From an uncultured Gammaproteobacteria bacterium (GTDB taxonomy: Bacteria; Patescibacteriota; Patescibacteriia; Magasanikbacterales; UBA922): a stretch of DNA of 64,000 nucleotides. Both the position numbers and the translations under genes were made by a program. The DNA lies in assembly GCA_964592785.1 (NCBI GenBank), contig CAZQHU010000001.1, forward strand, positions 45,687 to 109,686, given 5' to 3'. This document shows positions 27,799 through 38,232 of this stretch, piece after piece (positions within the stretch are counted from its first letter, which is position 1; each line of letters begins with the position of its first letter). The notes below the pieces were generated by a model. It was not told where the DNA came from. It searched no databases and was given only the letters and a program-made list of their open reading frames with translations.

Positions 27799-28578
27799 AT
27801 GTTAAATTACGCTAAACAAATTACCAAAGAAGCCGGCAAATTGGCTTTGGGTTATTATAAAGATGGGGTTGCTTTTAAAGTAAAAAGTGAACCAAGTGAT
27901 CTTGTTACCGAAGCTGATACTGCTGTTAATGATTTTTTGGTTAAGAAAATTAAGAAGAAATTTCCTAAACATGGAATTATTAGTGAAGAATTGGAAGAAC
28001 CAATAAATTCTCACGCTGAGTATGTTTGGGTGTTGGATCCCATAGATGGCACAGGAAATTTTGCTGCTCATATCCCAATGTGGTGTGTGATGGTGGGGAT
28101 TGAAAAGAAAGGCAAGCCTTTTATTGGGGTTGTTTATGATCCAATACAAGATGAACTTTATTATGCTGAAGCAGGCAAGGGTGCATTTTTAAACGGTAAA
28201 AAAATCCATGTCAATAACAAAGAGAAAGTTGATTTTAGTTTTTTGTCAGTTTGTCCTGGGCGCTATATGCCGGGTAATCCTTATTCATCAGAAGAATATC
28301 CAAGATATGCTAAATTTTTACAAAATTTAATGGGTGATAAAGGTTTTTGGTTTACTTATTATCGTTGTAATATTTCTTTTTGTCATTTGGCCAAAGGCAG
28401 TATTGATGGAGTAATAATGAATGGTTGTCTTTATCATGATTATCTGGCTCCCTATGTGATAGCTACCGAAGCTGGGGCCAAATTTACCGATAGCTATGGT
28501 AAGAAGTGGACCAAAGAGAAGAAGGATTCAGTCATTGCCAATCCCAAAATGCATAAAAATTTGCTTCGTTTATTCTGA
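27799..28578 (+). CDS. Inositol monophosphatase family protein
   Basis: DLVTEAD, SEE, WVLDPIDGTGNF, EAGAKFTD. Confidence 0.92.
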   Translation: MLNYAKQITKEAGKLALGYYKDGVAFKVKSEPSDLVTEADTAVNDFLVKKIKKKFPKHGIISEELEEPINSHAEYVWVLDPIDGTGNFAAHIPMWCVMVGIEKKGKPFIGVVYDPIQDELYYAEAGKGAFLNGKKIHVNNKEKVDFSFLSVCPGRYMPGNPYSSEEYPRYAKFLQNLMGDKGFWFTYYRCNISFCHLAKGSIDGVIMNGCLYHDYLAPYVIATEAGAKFTDSYGKKWTKEKKDSVIANPKMHKNLLRLF

Positions 28579-28664
28579 ACGAAGTGAAGAATCTTTTTTA
28601 AATAATTAAATATTCATCTAAAATGTGCGAGGTAGGAAAGATCCTTCGCTTCGCTCAGGATGAC
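28570..28664. repeat. GTCATCCTGAGC-family doublet (intergenic); also 26799-26826 and 34895-34998
   Basis: tattctgaacgaagtgaagaatct ... agatccttcgcttcgctcaggatgac. Confidence 0.8.
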
Positions 28665-28671
28665 TGGCAGT

Positions 28672-31600
28672 ATGTCAAAATACGATCATAAAAAAATTGA
28701 AAGTAAATGGCCCGCCTCCGCTAAAGCTACGGCGGGTAAACACTATGATCCGAAGGCTATTGAAAATAAATGGCAATTATTTTGGGAACGTGATAAAACT
28801 TTTGAAGTTACTGAGGATGAAACTAAAAAGAAATTTTATGTTTTGGATATGTTTCCTTATCCTTCTGGTGCTGGTCTTCATGTTGGTCATCCGAAGGGCT
28901 ATATTGCGACTGATGTTATGGCTCGCATGAAAATGATGCAGGGCTTCAATGTTCTTCATCCAATGGGTTGGGATGCTTTTGGACTTCCAGCAGAGAATTA
29001 TGCAATTGCGAATAAAGTTCATCCTTCGGTGGCGACAGCCAAAAATATTGAAACTTTCAAAAAGCAACTGGGTTTACTAGGTTTTACTTATGATTGGGAG
29101 AGGGAAGTGAATACTACTGATCCAAATTATTACAAATGGACCCAGTGGGCCTTTATTCAAATGTTTAAGCGTGGTTTGGCTTATGAATCTTTTGAACCGA
29201 TCAACTGGTGCCCCACTTGTCAGACTGGCCTTGCTAATGAAGATCTTGAAGATGGTAAGTGCGAACGTTGTGGCACTTTGGTCGAACGTAAGCCATTACG
29301 TCAATGGGTTTTGAAAATTACAGATTATGCTGAAAGATTATTAAATGATATTGATAAATTAGAACAATGGCCAGAACCGATCAAAGAAATGCAAAGAAAT
29401 TGGATTGGGAAGAGTGAAGGTGCAGAAATAAACTTTCGCGTCATGTTGAGCGAAGTCGCGTCGGACGCGACGAAGTCGAAACATCCCGTGGAACAAAGGG
29501 ATCCTTCCCCGCAAGGCGGGGCTCAGGATGACGATGTGGTGCTTACAGTTTTTACCACTCGTCCTGACACTCTTTTTGGGGTAACATATATGGTCGTTGC
29601 TCCTGAACATCCGTTGCTCGGGAATAATGAATTAGGAATTAAGAATTATGATGAAGTGTTGGGGTACATTGCCAAAGCAAAAAACAAATCAGACTTAGAA
29701 CGTACAGAATTACAGAAAGAAAAGACTGGAGTCGAGTTGAAGGGAGTGAAGGCAGTCAACCCAGTGAATGGCGAAGAGATCCCTATTTTTGTAGCGGATT
29801 ATGTTTTGATGAATTATGGCACTGGAGCCATCATGGCTGTGCCAGCACATGATGAGAGAGATTTTGAGTTTGCAAAGAAGTTTGGTTTGCTAATGAAAGA
29901 AGTAGTAGTTGAACAAGTAAATTCTCGTTTTAGTGATTCTGAGCCACGCAGAATAGCTATAGCCATTGTTGAAAATGATAAAGGGGAAATTCTTATACAA
30001 TCAGATACCCGTAATAATAAAACCACTTATTGTTTGCCAGGTGGGGGGGTAGATGAAGGAGAAGACATTAGAGAGGCATCTTTGAGGGAAATTAAAGAAG
30101 AGACGGGTTATATCGAATTTGAGAGTATAAAGAAAGTGGGAACTTTGGAAGCAAATTATTACAATCCTAGAAGAGAAATTAACCGACAAGCTTTAGCCAC
30201 CTGTTTTTCAATGAAATTAAAAAGTAATAAAAAGATAGAAGTTCAATTTTCTGAAACAGAAAAACAAGGGTTGATTAAACACTCTTGGTTGAGTAAGGAG
30301 GAAGCAATGAAAGTTTTATCAAGCGAAAATGCTTCTTCTGGTGAGGATCTTGCTTTATTTAAACGTTATTTGAAGAATAAAGATGAAGCCTTTTCAAATT
30401 TAGGTGTTGTTATCAATTCTGACTTCTTAAACGGCTTAGAAACAAGAGACGCCAAAGAAAAAATGATTCAATATTTAGAAGAAAAAAATATTGGTAAAAG
30501 AAAAGTGCAATACAAACTTCGTGATTGGGTATTTTCTCGTCAACGTTATTGGGGTGAACCAATTCCGCTTGTTCATTGTGAGAATTGTGAGAATAAAAAA
30601 TATAATTATATTTTTATTCATGGTTTTTCTTCAAGTTCTGAAAGAGGTTTTAAACCTTGGTTGAAAGAAGAATTAGAAAACAGAGGTCATAAGGTTTGGA
30701 ATCCTGATTTACCAAATACCAATAATCCTAGTGTTAATGAACAAGCTGAATTTATTTTGAAAAATTCACCATTTGCCATTGATGATAATTTAGTTTTGGT
30801 TGGACACAGTTTGGGTGGACCAGCGATTTACCGAATTTTAGAATCAATAAGCCACAAGATTGCTCGGGCTGTTTTGGTTGATCCGGTAGTTCGTCCACGA
30901 TTTAATGATCAAGATCGTCCAGAAGTGGTGGCTAGTTGTGATTGGAAGTTTAATTGGAAAAAAATAAAAAATAATTGTCAGCAATTTATTATTTTGGGTG
31001 ATATAAATAGACCAATTATAAAAAAGGAACATTTAATAGAGTTAGAAAAAAATCTATCAGCTGATTTATGGTGGGTGACTCCAAGAAATTATCATTTTAG
31101 CAGTCGTAATGGTGCAGTAGAAGATGAACCGACAATATTAAAAGCGGCCGTAGCTAATGGCTGGATTCCAGTTCCAGAAAAAGACTTGCCACTGGAACTT
31201 CCCAAAGTAGAAAACTATGAACCAAGTGGAACAGGGGAATCACCTTTGGCCAATATTGAAGAATGGGTGAATACCAAGTGTCCGGTGTGTGGTGGGCATG
31301 CTAAACGAGAAACAAACACTATGCCGCAGTGGGCGGGAAGCTGTTGGTATTACCTACGCTATTGTGATCCGAAGAATAAAAAAGAATTAATTAATAAAGA
31401 AAAAGAAAAATATTGGAATCCAGTGGATCTTTATGTTGGTGGAGCAGAACATGCTACTCGTCACCTCATCTATGCTAGATTTTGGCATAAGTTTCTTTAT
31501 GATATTGGCGTAGTTTCTCATGAGGAGCCATTTATCAGATTACAAAATGTGGGTTTGATTTTGGCCGAAGATGGTCGCAAGATGAGTAAGCGCTGGAATA

Positions 31601-32250
31601 ATGTAATTAATCCTGATGATGTTGTTGCAGAATATGGTGCGGATGCCATGCGACTTTATGAAATGTTTATGGGTCCATTTGATCAGCCAGTAGCTTGGAG
31701 TACTCAGGGAGTGGTAGGGATGAGAAGGTTTTTGGAGAAGGTATGGGCACTCAAGTCAAAAGTTCATAAAGTCGAAAAGTCTGTAAAGTCTAATATTGAT
31801 ACCTTATTACATCAAACTATCAAAAAGGTATCTGAAGATATTGAAGCCATGCGATATAATACAGCCATCTCTCAAATGATGATATTGGTAAACGAAATGA
31901 TCAAAGAAGAAAAATTATTCCTTACTCATTATTCTTTATTCCTTCAATTATTGTCACCGTTCGCTCCACATATAGCCGAAGAATTATGGAGTGAATTGGG
32001 AAATAAAGAATCAATCTTCAAATTTGATTGGCCAAAATATGATCCAGCTTTGATTCAAGACGAAAAGATTACTATTGCCGTACAAGTAAATGGTAAATTG
32101 CGTGATACTTTTGATATTCCAGTTGATATGTCTGAAGAAGAAATTAAAAAATTAACTCTGTCATCTGAAAAAGTTCAAAAATGGCTAGAGGGTAAAGAGC
32201 CAAAGAAAGTTATTTATGTGAAAGGTAGGCTAGTGAGTGTGGTGGTGTGA
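28672..32250 (+). CDS. leuS: Leucine--tRNA ligase with inserted NUDIX and alpha/beta-hydrolase domains and repeat inserts
   Basis: MFPYPSG.LHVGH, TTRPDT, GTGAIMAVPAHD, SRQRYWG, KMSK. Confidence 0.97.
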   Translation: MSKYDHKKIESKWPASAKATAGKHYDPKAIENKWQLFWERDKTFEVTEDETKKKFYVLDMFPYPSGAGLHVGHPKGYIATDVMARMKMMQGFNVLHPMGWDAFGLPAENYAIANKVHPSVATAKNIETFKKQLGLLGFTYDWEREVNTTDPNYYKWTQWAFIQMFKRGLAYESFEPINWCPTCQTGLANEDLEDGKCERCGTLVERKPLRQWVLKITDYAERLLNDIDKLEQWPEPIKEMQRNWIGKSEGAEINFRVMLSEVASDATKSKHPVEQRDPSPQGGAQDDDVVLTVFTTRPDTLFGVTYMVVAPEHPLLGNNELGIKNYDEVLGYIAKAKNKSDLERTELQKEKTGVELKGVKAVNPVNGEEIPIFVADYVLMNYGTGAIMAVPAHDERDFEFAKKFGLLMKEVVVEQVNSRFSDSEPRRIAIAIVENDKGEILIQSDTRNNKTTYCLPGGGVDEGEDIREASLREIKEETGYIEFESIKKVGTLEANYYNPRREINRQALATCFSMKLKSNKKIEVQFSETEKQGLIKHSWLSKEEAMKVLSSENASSGEDLALFKRYLKNKDEAFSNLGVVINSDFLNGLETRDAKEKMIQYLEEKNIGKRKVQYKLRDWVFSRQRYWGEPIPLVHCENCENKKYNYIFIHGFSSSSERGFKPWLKEELENRGHKVWNPDLPNTNNPSVNEQAEFILKNSPFAIDDNLVLVGHSLGGPAIYRILESISHKIARAVLVDPVVRPRFNDQDRPEVVASCDWKFNWKKIKNNCQQFIILGDINRPIIKKEHLIELEKNLSADLWWVTPRNYHFSSRNGAVEDEPTILKAAVANGWIPVPEKDLPLELPKVENYEPSGTGESPLANIEEWVNTKCPVCGGHAKRETNTMPQWAGSCWYYLRYCDPKNKKELINKEKEKYWNPVDLYVGGAEHATRHLIYARFWHKFLYDIGVVSHEEPFIRLQNVGLILAEDGRKMSKRWNNVINPDDVVAEYGADAMRLYEMFMGPFDQPVAWSTQGVVGMRRFLEKVWALKSKVHKVEKSVKSNIDTLLHQTIKKVSEDIEAMRYNTAISQMMILVNEMIKEEKLFLTHYSLFLQLLSPFAPHIAEELWSELGNKESIFKFDWPKYDPALIQDEKITIAVQVNGKLRDTFDIPVDMSEEEIKKLTLSSEKVQKWLEGKEPKKVIYVKGRLVSVVV

Positions 32251-32302
32251 TGAATGGAACACGGATTTAACGGATTAAACGGATTTTAACGAATTATAAA
32301 TT

Positions 32303-32695
32303 ATGCTTCAGGAGGAAATAAGTAGTAAAGTATTACGAGCATACTATAATGTTTATAATACCTTGGGTTATGGTTTTTTGGAGAAAGTTTATGAAAATGC
32401 CATGGTAATTGAATTACGAAAATTGGGTTTACATGGTAGAAGACAAGTACCAATCAAAGTTTATTATGATGATTTACAGGTTGGGGATTATTATGCTGAT
32501 ATTATTATTGAAGATAAAATAATAGTAGAATTAAAAGCAGCCGAAGCTCTGTGTGAAGAACATGAAGCTCAATTGATAAATTATCTTAGAGCTACTTCTA
32601 TTGAAGTTGGCTTTTTATTAAATTTTGGTAAGAAACCAGAATTTAAAAGGAAAATATTTGAAAATAAATATAAGAAATCCGTTCCGATTTGTTAA
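32303..32695 (+). CDS. GxxExxY family protein (PD-(D/E)XK-like)
   Basis: LGYGFLEKVYENA, ADIIIE..VELKA, QLINYL, LLNFG. Confidence 0.92.
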   Translation: MLQEEISSKVLRAYYNVYNTLGYGFLEKVYENAMVIELRKLGLHGRRQVPIKVYYDDLQVGDYYADIIIEDKIIVELKAAEALCEEHEAQLINYLRATSIEVGFLLNFGKKPEFKRKIFENKYKKSVPIC

Positions 32696-32722
32696 ATTTG
32701 TTCAATCCGTGTTCTATTATTT

Positions 32723-34216
32723 ATGATAGAAAAAATTATCAATTCAAAAAGCAAGACGTTTTTGGCGCTTTGCTTTTGTTTTTTATTAGGAGTTTTGTTT
32801 ATTTCTATTTTTGATTGGCGCTTTGCTTTTGTCTATTTATATTCATTATTATTCATCATCATATCATTTATTATTTATTTTTGGTCTAATAAAAAATTAT
32901 TATTTTTATTTTTTTGTTTTCTGATTTTTTTGCTGGGCGTGGTCCGTTATCAATTGTCTTTTTGGGGGCAGGAAATTTCAACCGGTATAAAAGAATTTAC
33001 AGCTTATATTTCGTCTGAACCAGATGTGCGGACAGATGGGGTGCGCTATATTGTCAAGTCAGATTTTGGTAAAGTTTATTTAAAAGAGCCATTATACCCA
33101 CGCTATAGTTATGGTGATGAACTTGAAATAAAATGTGATTTACAAAAACCAGAAGTTGGTTCAGACGGTTTTCGCTATGATATGTATTTGGCGCGCTATG
33201 GAGTTTTTACAGTTTGCAATAAGACCACAATAGAAAAAATTGGCACAAACAAAGAAAATTTTTTATTGAGAGGGATTTTTAATTTTAAAAATACCATTGC
33301 CAATAGAATAAATAAACTTTGGCATGAACCGTATGCTAGCTTTATGGCCGGGCTACTCTATGGTTATCGCGGGGGACTGGGGAGTTTGAATGAATTATTT
33401 AGTCGAACAGGTGTCACGCATATTATTGCCATTTCTGGTTATAATATTACCATCATAGTAACAATACTCATGACGATTTTTGTTAATTTTTATATTCCAC
33501 GTAAGAAAGCTTTTTGGATGATTGTTGCAGGAGTTATTTTATTTGTAATTTTTACTGGAGCATCAGCCTCGGTCGTGCGAGCGGGCATCATGGGAATAAT
33601 AGTACTTTTAGCCAAACAAATGGGGAGATTGTCTCGAGTAGGGAATGTCCTAGTCTTAACTGCCGTAATAATGGCTTTACAAAATCCTTTGATTTTACTT
33701 TGGGATGCTGGTTTTCAATTGTCTTTTATTTCTACTCTAGGTTTGGTTTATTTGTCACCACTTATTAATTCTCTCATCCCCGTGAAAGCAGGAATCTTGG
33801 CTATAAAAAATAAGATCCCCGCCTTCGCGGGGATGATAGAGGTTTTACAAGAATCGGTTGTTTCCACTTTTTCGGCGATCATTGCTACTTTGCCATTGAT
33901 TCTATTTCAATTTGGCCGACTGTCTATAGTCGCGCCTGTGGTTAATATGCTTATTCTTTGGTTGATTCCTTTTTTGATGTTAAGTGGTTTTTTGGCATTA
34001 TTATTTAGTTTTTTATTTTTTCCTTTGGGTCAAGTGGTCGCCTGGTTGAGCTGGGTAGGACTCAAATACATTACGACAATAGTTGAGTGGTTTGCCAGCT
34101 TAAAATTTGCTGCTATTGATCTACAAATAACTTGGTGGATGATGGCAGTCTTGTATGGAGTTATGATATACTTTATCACACGTCATCCCCGCGAAGGCGG
34201 GGATCTCGTTAGGTAA
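32723..34216 (+). CDS. comEC: ComEC/Rec2 competence protein, membrane part
   Basis: TGVTHIIAISGYN, SASVVRA, DAGFQLSF. Confidence 0.92.
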   Translation: MIEKIINSKSKTFLALCFCFLLGVLFISIFDWRFAFVYLYSLLFIIISFIIYFWSNKKLLFLFFCFLIFLLGVVRYQLSFWGQEISTGIKEFTAYISSEPDVRTDGVRYIVKSDFGKVYLKEPLYPRYSYGDELEIKCDLQKPEVGSDGFRYDMYLARYGVFTVCNKTTIEKIGTNKENFLLRGIFNFKNTIANRINKLWHEPYASFMAGLLYGYRGGLGSLNELFSRTGVTHIIAISGYNITIIVTILMTIFVNFYIPRKKAFWMIVAGVILFVIFTGASASVVRAGIMGIIVLLAKQMGRLSRVGNVLVLTAVIMALQNPLILLWDAGFQLSFISTLGLVYLSPLINSLIPVKAGILAIKNKIPAFAGMIEVLQESVVSTFSAIIATLPLILFQFGRLSIVAPVVNMLILWLIPFLMLSGFLALLFSFLFFPLGQVVAWLSWVGLKYITTIVEWFASLKFAAIDLQITWWMMAVLYGVMIYFITRHPREGGDLVR

Positions 34217-34254
34217 TAAGATTCCTGCTTTCGCAGGAATGACATTTATTAAAT

Positions 34255-34890
34255 ATGATAAAAGTCAAAGTTTTAAATTCAAAAAATGGCTATGATTTAT
34301 TGGCCGATTATTATACAAAGAAAGAAAAATACTGGGATAGTTTTGAAAAAGATCAAGTATTAACTTTGCTTGGTGATGTAAAAGCTAAGAAAATTCTAGA
34401 TGTAGGTGCAGGTAATGGACGTCTAGGTCTACGTTTGGCTAAATTAGGTGCAGAAGTGACAGCGCTTGATGTTTCCGAAGAGATGTTGAATAAAATAAAA
34501 ATTAAAAATTTAAAATTAAAAATTAATACTGTGATTGGCGAGGCCGAGGATTTGCCTTTTGAAGACGAAAGTTTTGATATTGTGATTGCTACTTTTTTAA
34601 TTGTGCATTTGAAAAGTTTAACTAGATTTTTTGATGAAGTTTACCGTGTACTTAAACCAGCCCTTCGGCAAGGCTCAGGGCAAGGTGGAAAGTTTTTAGT
34701 AACCAATATCAATCAGCGCAAAGCGCCAGAAATTAAAATTGGTAAAGATGTGGTAGAAGTGGAATCATATTATCACCGACCAGAGAGTGTGGTAGAAGAG
34801 TTGGAGAATTTAGCTTTTTCTGTGGAAGAAAATAAGTTTGTCAAAGAAAAAGAAGTGTGGGTGAATCAGATTGTTTTGGCTAGAAAGTAG
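34255..34890 (+). CDS. Class I SAM methyltransferase with 24-nt insert at 34660-34683
   Basis: ILDVGAGNG, LPFEDESFD, RVLKP[ALRQGSGQ]GG. Confidence 0.88.
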   Translation: MIKVKVLNSKNGYDLLADYYTKKEKYWDSFEKDQVLTLLGDVKAKKILDVGAGNGRLGLRLAKLGAEVTALDVSEEMLNKIKIKNLKLKINTVIGEAEDLPFEDESFDIVIATFLIVHLKSLTRFFDEVYRVLKPALRQGSGQGGKFLVTNINQRKAPEIKIGKDVVEVESYYHRPESVVEELENLAFSVEENKFVKEKEVWVNQIVLARK

Positions 34891-35001
34891 TGTTCGTCAT
34901 TCTGAGCGAAATGAGCGTTAGCGAATGTAGCCGAAGAATCTCGTCTAGAAAGGGATCTTTCGACTTCGTTCACTCCGTTCACTTCGCTCAAAATGATGAG
35001 T

Positions 35002-35907
35002 ATGAAAAAATTTATTTTCATAATTTTTATTTTACTTTTGATAGTGCTTGGTTTATTGTGGAAAATAAAAAGTGAGTCGTCACCCAATCTAGCTGTAGAG
35101 ACGATAGCAGAAGAAACAGAAAAAAATTTAAAAATTACTTTCCTAGACATTGGACAAGGGGATGCTAGTTTTATTGAATTTATTGATGGCCAGCAAATGC
35201 TCATTGATTGTGGGATTGATGCTAGAATCTTGGAAGCTCTAGGCAGGGTAATGCCTTATTATGACAGAGTAATAGATTATTTAGTTGTCACTCATCCGGA
35301 CAATGATCACTACGGTGGCTGTATAGATGTTTTGGATAGATTTGAAGTGAAAAATATTATTTATAATGGCCTAGAAAAATCTGCTGATAAATTTTGGCAA
35401 GAATTTTGGCAGAGAATAGAAAATGAAAATGCCAATTATTTTAAGATTGAAAAATTAGATGTTTGGGAAGTTGCAAGTACAACTATGACTTTTTATTATC
35501 CCAATCATGATTTGGCAGAAAATTTAAACATTCCTGGGAGTGATAAAAAAGCCAGTGATAATAATACTTCTATAATTTTTGAATTAAATTATCTGGGCCA
35601 TGAAATTTTGTTTACTGGTGATATGGAAGAGACTTTGGAAAAATATTTATTAAGTGTTTTTGCCGAGAAACTTGATAGTGATATTTTGAAAGTCGGGCAT
35701 CATGGCAGTGCCACAGCTTCAAGTCAGGAATTTTTGAAAATAGTCTCTCCCAAGTATGCTGTAATTTCTACAGATAAAAATAATAAATTTGGTCATCCTT
35801 CACTTCGGATTTTGAAACGATTGGAACGTTCTGAAACAGAGATTTTACGAACAGATTTGCAGGGTGATATTGTCTGTGAAATTGGGGAGCAAATAAGTTG
35901 CCAATAG
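35002..35907 (+). CDS. ComEC-type metallo-beta-lactamase domain protein
   Basis: FLDIGQGD, THPDNDHYGG, FTGD, KVGHHGS, FGHP. Confidence 0.9.
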   Translation: MKKFIFIIFILLLIVLGLLWKIKSESSPNLAVETIAEETEKNLKITFLDIGQGDASFIEFIDGQQMLIDCGIDARILEALGRVMPYYDRVIDYLVVTHPDNDHYGGCIDVLDRFEVKNIIYNGLEKSADKFWQEFWQRIENENANYFKIEKLDVWEVASTTMTFYYPNHDLAENLNIPGSDKKASDNNTSIIFELNYLGHEILFTGDMEETLEKYLLSVFAEKLDSDILKVGHHGSATASSQEFLKIVSPKYAVISTDKNNKFGHPSLRILKRLERSETEILRTDLQGDIVCEIGEQISCQ

Positions 35908-35934
35908 TATAATTTTTTGCTAATATAAACTTAT

Positions 35935-36273
35935 ATGAAATTAATACTACGTTGGGTTATCAATGCCGGAGTGTTATTGCTCCTAGCTAATTATTTACCA
36001 GGAATAACAGTCTCTGGTTGGTATACGGCGCTTATCACTGCCCTAGTTTTGGGTTTGGTAAATGCTCTTATCAAGCCTTTATTGATTATTCTTACTTTGC
36101 CGATCAATATTTTGACTCTGGGCCTGTTTACTTTGGTTATCAATGCTTTATTGTTTTGGTTTGTAGGGACTTTTATTCAAGGTTTTTCAGTGGCTGGTTT
36201 TTGGCCAGCCTTTTGGGGTGCTTTGATTTTGAGTTTAGTAAGCTGGTTTGTTAGTAGTTTACTTAAAAAATAA
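35935..36273 (+). CDS. Holin-like 4-TM membrane protein (YvlD-like)
   Basis: LVNALIKPLL..TLPINILTLGLF. Confidence 0.88.
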   Translation: MKLILRWVINAGVLLLLANYLPGITVSGWYTALITALVLGLVNALIKPLLIILTLPINILTLGLFTLVINALLFWFVGTFIQGFSVAGFWPAFWGALILSLVSWFVSSLLKK

Positions 36274-36274
36274 T

Positions 36275-36973
36275 ATGTCCAATTATAAAATTATTTCTGT
36301 CGGTGGCTCAATTATTATTCCCAAAACTGGGTTTGATATTAAATTTCTCAAAGCTTTTAGAAAATTGATTTTGGATCGGGTAAAAAAAGGTGATAAATTT
36401 ATTCTAGTTATTGGTGGCGGAGCGACTTGTCGATATTATCAAGAGGCTTTGAAAAAAGTAAATAAAGTTAGTGATACAGATTTGGATTGGCTAGGGATCG
36501 CTTCTACACATTTTAATGCGGAGTTAGTGAGATTAATGTTTAGTGGTTATTCCTATCCCGAGGTAATTAAAAATCCTACCAAGAAATTAGAAATTAAGAA
36601 ACTAAGAAACTGGCCAATTATTATCGCTGGTGGCTGGAAACCTGGCTGTTCTACAGATAAGGATGCTGTGCTATTGGCAGAGAATTTTGGTGCCAAAGAA
36701 ATGTTGAATTTATCAAATATAGAATATGTTTATGATAAAGATCCTAATAAATTTAAAAATGCTAAGAAAATAGAAAATATAACTTGGAAAGACTTCCGTA
36801 AAAATATTGTTGGTTATAAATGGGTGCCGGGTAAAAATGTGCCTTTTGATCCAATGGCTGCTGGCTTGGCCGAGAAGTTGAAATTGAAAGTAGAAATATT
36901 ACGAGGAACAGATTTGGTAGAGGTGAAGAATGCTTTGGTGGGAAAGAAATTTAGAGGAACGGTAGTTGAATAG
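36275..36973 (+). CDS. pyrH: UMP kinase (archaeal-like type)
   Basis: ISVGGS, GGGATCR, PGCSTD, YVYDKDP, PFDP. Confidence 0.88.
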   Translation: MSNYKIISVGGSIIIPKTGFDIKFLKAFRKLILDRVKKGDKFILVIGGGATCRYYQEALKKVNKVSDTDLDWLGIASTHFNAELVRLMFSGYSYPEVIKNPTKKLEIKKLRNWPIIIAGGWKPGCSTDKDAVLLAENFGAKEMLNLSNIEYVYDKDPNKFKNAKKIENITWKDFRKNIVGYKWVPGKNVPFDPMAAGLAEKLKLKVEILRGTDLVEVKNALVGKKFRGTVVE

Positions 36974-37121
36974 TGTGATATTTGTCATGCTGAACTTGTT
37001 TCAGCATCTTTTCCAAATTTTATTCAGCGTAGCAAGTATGATTTTATAAAAGACCCTGAAACAAGTTCAGGGTGACAAACCGCCTTGCCAAAGGCGGTTT
37101 TTTTGTTTATATTAAGATAAT

Positions 37122-38213
37122 ATGGAAGAGTCAAATTTTCAGGTATATTCAACTTCTGAAGAGGCCTGGAAAGCCATGTTTCAGGCGATTTTAGGGGCCA
37201 CCAAGTCAATTTATTGGGAATTGTATGTTTTTGTGGATGACGAGGCTGGTGGGCCTTTTTTTGAGGTTTTGGAAAATAAGGCTCGAGAAGGAGTGGACGT
37301 CAAATTGACTATTGATTCCCTGGGAAGTTTTTGGTTATCCAAGAAACGTGTTGAATCTTTGAAAATGGCCGGAGTTGATTTACGTTTTTTCCACGAAAGG
37401 AAAAATCGTTATCGTGGTTGGTGGAAAAGACTGTGGGCCAGAACGCATCGAAAAATTTTGATTATAGATGAAGAAACGGGCTTTATTGGCGGGGTTAATA
37501 TTGATAAAAAAATGCGTGATTGGTTGGATGTGCAAGTGAAAATAATTGGCACACCTGTACGTTCACTCTTACGAGCTTTTGCTAAAAATTATTTGATCTG
37601 CGGTGGGGAAAAGTCCAAAGTTAAACATTTATTAAAATATCGTTTTAGAACAGATCAAGAAAAGCTTCGTTTTGTCTATGATGAACCGCATAAAAGCCAT
37701 TCGCGAGCACGTAAAAAATATACAGAAGCTCTACGCAGAGCTAAAAAAAGAGTAATTTTTTTCTCCCCTTATTATTTTCCAGATAGAAAATTTCTGCATG
37801 CTTTGTGGCAAGCCAAAAAACGTGGTATTAGAATTGATTTGCTTATTCCCTTTCGAGCTGATGTAAAAATTTTGGCCTATGCCAACTATTTTTGGTTTGC
37901 TCTGATGAGAAAGATGGGGGTAAATATTATTTTTTCTTCAAAAATGATGCATGGCAAAGGAGTGATTGTGGATGATGAGTGGGCCATGGTTGGTTCTAGT
38001 AATTTGGAACAAACCAGTTTCTACAATAATTATGAAGCAAATTTACATCTTCGTGATAAAAGATTAGTTGATATTTTAAAATCAAATGTGGAGAAATGGC
38101 TCCTGGATTCAGTACAATTTGACGAAAATAAATGGTCCAAGAGGGGAGTTTGGCATAAATTTAATGAATGGCTGGCAGTAAAATTATATAAACTTTGGTA
38201 TGGTGATAAATAG
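37122..38213 (+). CDS. Phospholipase D/cardiolipin synthase family
   Basis: Two HKD motifs (HRKILIID, HGKGVIVD), GSSNL. Confidence 0.9.
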   Translation: MEESNFQVYSTSEEAWKAMFQAILGATKSIYWELYVFVDDEAGGPFFEVLENKAREGVDVKLTIDSLGSFWLSKKRVESLKMAGVDLRFFHERKNRYRGWWKRLWARTHRKILIIDEETGFIGGVNIDKKMRDWLDVQVKIIGTPVRSLLRAFAKNYLICGGEKSKVKHLLKYRFRTDQEKLRFVYDEPHKSHSRARKKYTEALRRAKKRVIFFSPYYFPDRKFLHALWQAKKRGIRIDLLIPFRADVKILAYANYFWFALMRKMGVNIIFSSKMMHGKGVIVDDEWAMVGSSNLEQTSFYNNYEANLHLRDKRLVDILKSNVEKWLLDSVQFDENKWSKRGVWHKFNEWLAVKLYKLWYGDK

Positions 38214-38232
38214 AAATTAGAAATAATCAATT

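Noticed and set aside
34890-35075. ORF starting MFVILSEMS
   Set aside because: Translation of an intergenic palindromic repeat
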